In this document: piece after piece, positions 14,405 through 24,744 of the stretch
Layout of the letters: every line of letters begins with the position of its first letter
How positions within the stretch are numbered: position 1 is the stretch's first letter
Source of the DNA: Proteromonas lacertae
Taxonomy: Eukaryota
Length of the DNA: 64,000 nt
Direction: 5' to 3'
Assembly: GCA_002245135.1 (NCBI GenBank)
Contig: NGBS01000598.1
Span: 1 to 64,000 of the forward strand
Program-made: the position numbers and the translations under genes
Notes under the pieces: model-generated
Told to the model about the DNA's origin: nothing
The model's database searches: none
Seen by the model: the letters and a program-made list of their open reading frames with translations, nothing else

Positions 14405-16501
14405 TTATTGCACTGTAGCTGTAGTTTCACAAGCTGTTCCATAAAAACCATCAAAACATGTACACAATCCAGTAGTATAATCACAAATACCTCTTCCACT
14501 GCAATCTCTATATTCTGGATGTTCAAGATCATTTGTAGCACCTTTTGGATCTTTATCAGAAGGACATTCATCTATTCATAATAAATAATAATATAATATA
14601 TACATAAACTACAATCAGCACCACGATGACCTTCATCACATATACAACCATACAATTTAGTATCAAAACTATCTTCATTAGGCTTATCAACAGCAGCATT
14701 AGTAACTCCTAATGCTTCAGTTAATACGACACATCGACCATTATTATTACAGTTATTTGGACAAGAAGTTCTTTGACAAGCATCACCTTCAAATCCTTCA
14801 TAACATTCACATTGACCTGTTTCTCTATTACAATTTCCTTGACCACTACACTCTATAAATGCATGAGGTCCTGCATTCTTTATTATTTTAAGTATATAAA
14901 TTGGATCATTTTCATCATTATCAGCTAACATTCTATTTGGTTCTGTATCTGTTCCTTCTTCTGTAGAATTACCTGTAGTATTTGGTCTTAATGGATTATT
15001 AACAGGTGAAACAATAGTAATACTATCCAAACCTTCACCATATTTAAATGATTTCACAGTGGTTGTTATTGTATCTCCAAATTCACCATCTACATAGGGT
15101 GTTATTTGTATTGTAGCTCCTTCTACTAATGCTAATTCAATCTCACCCATTGGTCTATCTTTATATTGATATGAATTACTATTACCAGGTATAAGTGATG
15201 GTACACTCTGTAAATCTAATGTAATAGTGGTAGTTTCATCATCATAATCAGAATCTTCTTTCTCTTTTGCTACTATCACTGTAGCTTCATTATTATATCT
15301 TCCAAAGTAATAATCACCTCCTTTATTACCTACATATGCATATATTTCACTAGATTGTATTGGAATATTGACATCCCCTAGGAAGAAACAAGGTCCTTGA
15401 ATATCATTCACATCTTCAGCAGTGGCATATAATTCATAATTATTACCTTCACATATTACATTAATTACCATTTGTTTCATTCTATAGTAATAAGATACTG
15501 CAGGATTCTCAGATTCAATACAATAAAATGAACCTATTTTATCATCTGCAGTAGAAGTACATTCACCACTTAACATTCTACGTCTTGATCCTCCTAATCC
15601 TAACCTTTCTCTAATAACTTTATTATTATCAACTTTACTTAATGGAAGATAAACTAATTCAGTTTTTACTTTTCTACCATCAGCTTTAGTGAAATCACCT
15701 TTTTCAGATGATGCAGTTGCTAATGTAGATAATAAATCAAATGATGGAGCAGATTCTTCTTTTCTTTTAATTTGAATAGTTCCACAATATATATCTTCAT
15801 CAATTGAAGTAATTCCTAATGTCTCTAATAAATCACCTACATTCGCATTATTTGGATCATTTACTATCATATTTCCTAAAAATATGCCACTTTCACCTTT
15901 ATAACATGATATTGTATAGGATTTGATTGTAGTAACTTCATTATCTTCAAATACTCCTTCTAATGCATCATTTAATGATTTTTCTTTTGCTTCTTCTGCT
16001 ACTGTTGGTGCTTGTGTAGTTGGTGGTATTGTTATTGGTGCTTCTGTAATAATTGGAGGTGAAGTTGTAGTTGGAACTGCTGTTGTTGCTGCTACAGTTG
16101 TGGTTGGTTGTTCTTCCGGTTCTCCAGTTGATTCTTCTGTTCCAGCATCCATTTCTCTATCTGATTCAAATAATTGCCTTCGTGAACCACCATCTAAATT
16201 CAATTTTTTTAATGTTCCCATATTAACTGATGATTGTACAGTACCGTCATTGTTTAAATCGTAGTATGTGAATGATTGTCCTTTTGGACACAATCCTAAA
16301 GAGATAATAACAATATATACTTTCAGAACAATCGGCTCCCGTCCAGATAACTTCTGTTGATGATCCTTTATTTATACCTAAACCCGGTTGACGATTACAA
16401 TCACATACACCATTTGTCCCACATGTTCCGTGTCCACTACAAAGATTAGGGCATTCTGAGTTCACAAGCAAAACTATGAAGAACAGATATAAGTATTTCA
16501 T
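14405..16501 (-). CDS. Sig1/Mas-family tubular mastigoneme-like secreted EGF protein, paralog B
   Basis: Same architecture as paralog A, intact central ORF 14572-16293, two introns, C-terminus [34 protein letters not shown]. Confidence 0.85.
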
Positions 16502-16533
16502 TTCCTAAATGTTACGATAAAAAAACAACTAAA

Positions 16534-16546
16534 AATACAGTGTATT
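16534..16546. promoter_or_regulatory. Palindrome AATACA-G-TGTATT upstream of paralog B
   Basis: 13-bp palindrome about 33 bp upstream of the ATG. Confidence 0.6.
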
Positions 16547-16677
16547 GAGTGTATTTAAGGTATTGAGAATAAAAGTATAACAGAGATGATTGTATTATGA
16601 ATTTTATATTTAACAAATACAACAATCATATATATATTAAGAAATAATAATAATAATAATAATAAAATATAAACAAT

Positions 16678-18847
16678 TTATTGTAACATTGCTTGTGTTT
16701 CACATCCACTACCATAATAACCACTGAAACATTTACATATACCGGTAGTATAATCACAAATACCTCTTCCACTACAATCTCTATATTCATCATCACCACC
16801 TTCACCATTTGTTGCACCATTAGGATCTTTATCAGATGGACATTCAATCAAACTACAATCTGGTCCTCTAAAACCACCATCACATTCACAACCATAGAAT
16901 TTACTTTCGAAATTATCTTTACCAACATCATTAGGAGTTTGTTTAACTGGATCTTCTATTTGCATTTCCACACATCGACCATTATTATTACAGTTATTTG
17001 GACAAGAAGTTCTTTGACAAGCATCACCTTCAAATCCTTCATAACATTCACATTGACCTGTTTCTCTATTACAATTTCCTCTTCCACTACACTCAATAAA
17101 TGCATGTGGACCTGCAGTTTCTACAACTACTAAAGCTAATGGATCAATAACTTCTAACATTCTACCTTGATAATCTTCCCATAACGATCTATCAGTTCCA
17201 GTTTCCTTCAGCATTAGTATTGTCATCCTCATCCTCAATTAATGTTCCATTATTAGCAATTGGATTTGATGGAGATACTGTAATAGTTAATTTTAAACCA
17301 CCATCACTACTACTTATACCTGCAGATTGTACTGTAGTCTTGATTGGTCGAGAGAAAGTACCTGTATCTCTATCATATATTTGAAGAGTCATTGGAGCTC
17401 CAGGTGTAGTAGCAACTTCAATATCACCAACTGGACGGTTAGTATAAGAATAACTATTATCACTTTTTACTACCATACTTGGTACTGTTATCTAAATCTA
17501 AAGTAATTGTTGTATCACCTTCTAAATCTCCACCTTCTCCATCATTTATAGCAGATACAATAGTAGCAGCTTTCTGATTAAATCTAGCGAAATAATAATA
17601 ACCATCACTCTTTCCAATCCATGGATATATCTCTGAATATGGTAATTGAGTTTCCACATCACCAAAGAAATAACATATTCCATCAATATTATCCATCTCA
17701 TTGACAGATACTTGTAATAATAATGAATTGTTTTCACACTTTACTTGTCCTGGTATTTTCTGCATTCTATAGAAACTAGCACCATCATTAGGATTCTCAG
17801 ATTCAACACATAAATATTCATAATAAACTTTATTGCCTTCTCCTATTCCATAACAAGCACTAGCATTATCATTTAACATTCTACCCTTTGTATCTGGAAT
17901 AATATCTCCATAAACATCTTTTAATTTACTAATTATATCATCTACATTTACATTATCACTATTTAATTCAGTCTGATATACATAATCCTTAACAACTTTA
18001 CCAGATGATGTTATTATTTCCACAGGTGAAGAAGATTTTTTATTAGGATCTTTTGGGTTTAATGCAGATGGTTTGCTTACTTTTGATGATGTATATGGAA
18101 TATTACAATTAATAATGGCATTAGCATCATTAATACCAAACTTATCAAGTAATACAGATGTATTAGGCATACCTTCTTTCATTTCTATAGTCATTTCACC
18201 TAAATATATATCCAAATTCTTTCCTAAATAACATCTCAATACTACATATTCAACATCATCTGGAAGATCCTTTAAAATTGGTAAATTCTCATCTAGAGGA
18301 AGACTACTTATATTTCCACTAATAGGAACTGTTGGTGCTTCTGTAGCAATGATTGGAGCTTCAGTTATGATTGGAGGTGATGTAGTATTAGCTGAAGTTG
18401 GTGAAGCTGTTGTTGTTGTTTGACTGTCACCACCATCATCACCACCTGCTTCAGTTGGTGTTCCTTCACCTTCTGCAGCTTCAGCAGCAGCTTTTCTATC
18501 ATTATCAGATTCAAACAATAATCTAACTCTTTCAGTTTTTTGTACATTTGTATTTAATTCTCCATATGTTTTAATATTTGTGTTGGTTGTCTTAGTAACT
18601 TCACCATCAAAAGAAAAAGTCATTCCCTTTGGACAAGTCCCTAAAATAATAAAAATAAATGAATACTCTCAGAACAATCATAGCCAGTCCATGCAAACTC
18701 ATCAAAAGCTCCTTTATTTAAACCTAAACCAGGTTGACGATTGCAGGTACAAGTTCCATCTTGGTTACAACTTCCATGTCCACTACATAGATTTGGACAA
18801 GCTGCATAAGCAGACAATGCTAAAAGAACGAAATATAGAGTTTTCAT
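16678..18847 (-). CDS. Sig1/Mas-family tubular mastigoneme-like secreted EGF protein, paralog C
   Basis: Same architecture with one intron. Two single-base insertions (about 17490 and 17203) split the ORF. C-terminus [34 protein letters not shown]. Confidence 0.8.
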
Positions 18848-18869
18848 TCTTTGTGGTTTACGATGATTT

Positions 18870-18882
18870 AATACAGTGTATT
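18870..18882. promoter_or_regulatory. Palindrome AATACA-G-TGTATT upstream of paralog C
   Basis: 13-bp palindrome about 23 bp upstream of the ATG. Confidence 0.6.
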
Positions 18883-19023
18883 CTTTTGTATAGTTGTATT
18901 TATTTTTATCTCTTTACCTATTACCTTTTGCTCTATGCAATTCCAGATTTTTTATACCTTCAAACATGATATTCAGTATTTTGAAGTTAAAAAACACAAA
19001 TAATACTAAATAGAATTATTAAA

Positions 19024-20191
19024 TTACAAAAATGGACTTACTGTTGAAGGTTTAGATGGTTCTATTATCTCTTTCTCTTCCTTAACAGTAGCATATATAA
19101 AATATCGATTATTAATATAATCCCAGTCACATTCTGGTTTTGTGATATTAAACACCTTTGTTCTTTCAATAATAAAATTCGATCTTGTCCTCTGCACCCA
19201 CCACAACTCATACTCACCTTTACAAAGCACACGAGTGGAATTACCTTTATATAACAAAGATATATATGTATCATGATAACCTGAATGAAATCCACCTTGT
19301 AATTTTATATCTGATAATATTTCATACTTATGTTCTTTATTATTCTTATGTATTTCAATAAAAGTTCCACAATGATCATCATTTTTAAATTCATTATTAC
19401 ACTCAACAATATATCCGGTCTGCTTATATGCTATCTCCATACAATATGAATGGGTAGTATTATCATTAGGATTTCTACATGATTGAGTACCTACGACAGT
19501 ATCATTTCTATCCCAACATTGTGGATAGATAGTTGATCTTTTCCTCATGTATTGCTTACCTACACAATAAGGATATGGATCATTATATCCTTTACACTCA
19601 GCATTGAAGGTAACAGTCTCATCTGCTAATCTTGACTGTTCTTTGGACAAAGTGTTATTATTTTCATCTACTAAACAGTAATATGATTCTCTAGTCAAAT
19701 ATCTTGAATCTGTTGGTCTTACATCACAGACTCTATCAGCTTGAGGAACTATTGTGAAATTAACATAATCATTTTCTATATTGAAGTATTCTGCTTCTCC
19801 ATATACTCCTTCACAACATTGGGCATTGTATGTCCTGCATGGATCAACTAATAACCCAATATAATATTCAGTTGCTGGTTTATATCTATATTTAAAAATA
19901 TAATTATTATTATTGATACATATAATAATTGAAGTTTAATCTGTCCCAATTTGGATGGTATTCCTCTTTTAATGGTTCAATGTATGTATAATCATCCATA
20001 AACTGTTCATGCCTTTCTTTATAAACTTGATTGTATCGAGGAGTATATTTAACCCATGAATTTTGGTCTGGTTTCTCATTTAGGTATGTTTTTGGAATTC
20101 TTTCTGATTTTTCTGGATTATTTATTTCATCTGCTATTGTACATTCTATTAGTAATAATATAATAATAGAAATCAGTATGGTTGATTTCAT
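19024..20191 (-). CDS. Secreted cysteine-rich protein of unknown function
   Basis: Signal peptide MKSTILISIIILLLIECTIA. One GT-AG intron (about 19886-19919) joins an open frame (YKPATEYYIGLLVDPC...QCCEG) to ORF 19024-19698. Confidence 0.75.
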
Positions 20192-20316
20192 TCAACGGAT
20201 CAAAAAAAAACTTTTCAAACACCTTCTTTTTTCACAAGCACCATATTTTTTAAATTTCGCAAATCATCTTACATTTTCTTAGATTTTAGATTTTGATAAT
20301 TTAAATCTCTTCAATT

Positions 20317-21834
20317 ATGGCTCAAAAACGTCCTCGTATCGATGGTGAAGCTGTATAAGTTAATGTTTTTTGATTTTGTTAGACTCAGTGTTTAATATGT
20401 TTTTGTCCTTATACAACATCTAATGAACATAAAGCATGTTGTTTGAAATGTGGTCATATATTTGGTAAACCTTGTATATTAAAATGGCTTGAAGTATGCT
20501 ATTGTTTGTCTATTATGTAATAGACAAATAAGCGTTGTCCAACATGTACACAATCTGCGCAGAAGAGAGATATAAGAGTAATATTTTCACCTAATTTAAC
20601 TTCAGTGGATGATTCAAAGATTAAGAGATTGGAAAAAGAGCTTCAAGATATAAAATTTAAAAATATACTTGTATATATATAATAAATTAACATTATAATA
20701 AATTATAAATAGCTTCAAAATAGAATAAACACAGCAACAACAACAGATTCAAAAACAGAAACAGACAAATTCTATTTAACTCCAACCTACCAACATGTTG
20801 TAACTGATGCAAAGATCTTTGCAGTTAATCCGACAAGTGAAATGTTATATATAGTGGAAAATCATCCTTTATCTCCACCAATCATTTTAAGTTTAAGTTT
20901 AACTGAAACAAATTATTCAAAATGTTTTAAATATCATGAAAAGAATATAAAAGATATAAAATTCTGTTCAATCCCTAATAATATTATTGCTACAGTGAGT
21001 TTAGATAAAACATTGAAATTATATTCCACTGAAAATGAATCAATGGTATTACAATATAATACAAATAAACAATTGTGGAGTTTAGATTGGAATGAAAATA
21101 ATCCAAATTATTTGTATTAATTATTATATTTGTTTATTTATTTTTTATTTTTATATAGTTATTGTGGTAGTTCTCAAGGTGATATATTAACATTTGATAT
21201 TAGAAACACCAACGGATATGTAAATAGTATCAAGCTTTCTCAAACCTTGCCAATTCATTCAATTAAATATGGTAAATATCAAAATAGTGATAGTAATGAT
21301 AATAATAATAATGAAATAGGTATTTATACTGCATCAATTCATGATTTCTCCTTCACAAATTTAACAACTAATAAATCCATTTCACTTTTTAATTTCAATC
21401 AAAATAATCGTAGTTTAGGTTGTACTAGCTTTGATATAGTTGATAATTATTGTGCTTTATCTATTAGAAGTAATGACATAACATCTCCTTCTTATATTAA
21501 TATGTATTGTATAACGCCAAAATTCAAATTCAAATCTAATTTAACTGGTTTTACCAACTATTTAATAATGTCAAAATTACATATTAATAAAGAATCAATG
21601 AGTATATTGTGTGGATGTGAAAGTAGTAAAACTGTTTTTATATGGGATAAAGATGGGAATATTGTAAATAGAACTAACTCTCATCCATCTCCTGTTTCAG
21701 CTATTCAATCTTATAATGATCATTTTATAACTCTCTGTTCAGATGAGATTCGGTTGTATAACAAGAAATGGACTGAGAATAGTAATAGTAATAATAATAT
21801 AGATGACACAACAACAAATACTATAACAAAATAA
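20317..21834 (+). CDS. RFWD3: RFWD3-like RING + coiled-coil + WD40 E3 ubiquitin ligase
   Basis: Spliced RING CLICFCPY...HKACCLKCGHIFGKPCILKWLE..RCPTC, followed by WD40 repeats (HEKNIKDIKF, SLDKTLKL, WSLDW, FDIRN). Confidence 0.8.
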
Positions 21835-21889
21835 GTAATATCGTTTTTTATAATTATTATATGTTACTTTTGTGTGTTTTTTATTATTT

Positions 21890-22681
21890 TTATTCCTTCT
21901 TCTTTGTTTGATTAGCAACAGCTGATATTTTAGCTAATATTTCATCTCTATCACCCAAGTATTTACCTCTTAAAGGTTCAATTCCTTCTTCACTGGGAAT
22001 AATATTCATATCTTTATCAAATTGATACACAAGTGGTACACCAGTTGGAATATTTAATTTAGCAATAGCATCTGTTGAGATTCCATCAAATTGTTTAACT
22101 AAAGCTCTTAAACTGTTACCATGAGCAGCAATCAATACAGTCTTGCCTTCTTTTAATTTTGGTAAGATATCAGACTCCCAGAATGGTAACACTCTTCTTT
22201 CTGTTAATTGAAGTGATTCTCCCTTAGGTAATTCGTTTATATCTACATCAGCATATCTTCTATCAATGCATGGGTATAATTCATGTTCTGGATCCACTGG
22301 TGGTGGTGGAATATCATAAGATCTTCTCCATTCTTGAACTTTTTCTGCTCCATATTTCTCTGCCGTTTCTACTTTGTTTAATCCTTGTAATCCTCCATAG
22401 TGGCGTTCATTTAATCTCCATGTATTCTGGACAGGGACGTATAATTGATCAGTTCCATCAAGAATATACCATAAAGTCTTGATAGCTCTTCTTAAAACTG
22501 ATGTAAAACAATAGTCGAACTTGTATCCAGCTTCTTTTAAGATGACACCAGCTTTCTTTGCTTCTTCAATACCACTATCAGCGAGTGGAACATCAACCCA
22601 ACCTGTAAATAAGTTTTTCTTATTCCAGTCACTCTCTCCGTGACGAGTTAATATCAATGTTGCATAAACTTCTTCACTCAT
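21890..22681 (-). CDS. gpmA: 2,3-BPG-dependent phosphoglycerate mutase
   Basis: RHGESDWN...[25 protein letters not shown] and AAHGNSLRA motifs; intronless CDS. Confidence 0.95.
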   Translation of the reverse strand: MSEEVYATLILTRHGESDWNKKNLFTGWVDVPLADSGIEEAKKAGVILKEAGYKFDYCFTSVLRRAIKTLWYILDGTDQLYVPVQNTWRLNERHYGGLQGLNKVETAEKYGAEKVQEWRRSYDIPPPPVDPEHELYPCIDRRYADVDINELPKGESLQLTERRVLPFWESDILPKLKEGKTVLIAAHGNSLRALVKQFDGISTDAIAKLNIPTGVPLVYQFDKDMNIIPSEEGIEPLRGKYLGDRDEILAKISAVANQTKKKE

Positions 22682-22782
22682 TTAATTCTAAAACGAATAA
22701 AAATTATACCGTTTTAATCTATGACACACAAGCTTGTTTCAAACATATTTTTTTTAATTTATTTTTCTCTTTTATTTCAACA

Positions 22783-24596
22783 ATGGATCAAGATTGGGCA
22801 GATATGGGTAGTTCAGACGATGAGACTCCGTATTTACTATACTTTAATGTAATATTAGAAGTCCAGATTCACCAGATTATGATGAACCTGAACCAGTGAA
22901 AAAGGATGTTGCAAAACCAGTTGAACCAGCAGATAATGGACCAAAAAAAATAAATAATGATCCAATATCTGTATTTTGATTTGCTTTTATAAATATAGTT
23001 GATTTTGAAAGGTGTTCCTTATGGAGTTCGTGATAATGATTTAAAAGCAGCATTACATGATTGGAATGTATTTTATTTTATGATAGTACTATTGTCTAGT
23101 TTCGAATTGAACGTTGGTTAAATGGAGACAATGATTCTAACAATGTAATTATCAATGTAAATCCAATTAACGGTAAACCAAGTCTTGATGATATCTGGAA
23201 GCGAGAATTAATTCTCTACAAAGAAAAGATACAAATCGATATATACGAACAAAGAAGAAAAAATTATAATAACAATCGAAACAATCGAGGAGGAAGAGGT
23301 GGAGGAGATAGGAACAATCGTAACAATGGTAGAAACAACAACAATAATAATTATCACAATAATAACAATAATAATAATGGTTATTATAAGAAAGATAGAT
23401 ATAATAATAATAATAACAGAGATAGGAGGTTAAATACATCCTTTTCTTCACCATCATCATCATCATCTTATAAAAAGACACCAAAAGCAACTGAAGAATT
23501 CAAAATTAGTGAAAGACCACCAGAAAAACGAGTATATTTTTAATATTATTATTTATTTATTATTAAATAGTTGAATATTCTTCCACCTAGTAAATCTACT
23601 ACTAGTACCACAGATAGTGAAATATCAATAGACACAAGTTCTGTAAAGGCAGACGATAATATATTTGGAGGTGCAAAACCACGAGAATTGAATTTACAAA
23701 GTAAATCATCGAAATCATCATCAGCAACTGCTTCACCAGCTTTAAATATACAACAACCAGTTGAACCACCTGTATTAGAGTTAAATATTGATAAAACTAT
23801 TGATAATAAAGATGAATTCACTTCATCAACGAGTAATAACAGTTATAATCATTCCAAATATAATAATAATAATAGTCGTTATAATAATAGTCGTTACAAT
23901 AATAGCCGTTACAATAATAGAGATAATAGTGAAAAGCCACATTATAAGAGTATCAATACAGTAACTAGAAATCCTAAGAATTATAATTTACCACTAACTC
24001 CACAACCTGAGAAAGTACAAATTCCATTAAGTTTACAGCCAAAAACACCTCAAGGAGTAGATATGTCCTTATCATCATTACCAGTTTCAAGTCCATCAGA
24101 ATCCTCCGATACGTCATCTCCTGTAATTATACAACCACAACCGCAATATATACATAGTAAATATAACAACAATAGAAGAAATGATTATAATAATGATTAT
24201 GGTAGTTATCAGATTAAAAATAATAATAATAGAAATAATAGAAACAGTTCTAATAGAAAGAGAGATTACAATAGTAACAACAACAACAACAATAGAAAAA
24301 ATAATAGTGTTTCTTATTCATCATATCCACCACCAGCTGTTTCATCTTATTCTGAATCAAATGAAATACCTCTTCCTCCTCTACCACCACCATCATCATC
24401 ATCTTCAGAAGGAAGTTCAAAAGGTAAAGATTATAGTAGACCTGCAGAAAGGACTATATCAATGTCTAATAAGATGAGAGGAGCAAAAGGGTATAGCAGT
24501 AGAGGTGGAGGTAGACAAAGATTTAATGATGAAGATAGAATTGTAGAGAGTTTTAGAAAGGGAAGTGGCGATAGTTATGGAAGTAACAAGTATTAA
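22783..24596 (+). CDS. eIF4B/eIF4H-like RNA-binding protein with N/R/G-rich low-complexity regions
   Basis: N-terminal DWAD, degenerate RRM (LILKGVPYGV), RGG tract, KRLNILPP...NIFGGAKPRE motif; four short introns. Confidence 0.6.
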
Positions 24597-24744
24597 GTTT
24601 AGTTGTGTGAATGATAATTAAAGAATGATATAGTTATATATATGAATATAAATAATATATATTATTTTTTAAATTGTTATTTTTTGTGAGTTGAAAAATA
24701 AAAAATAAATAAAAAATAAAGTGAATTGATTATATTAATTATTA

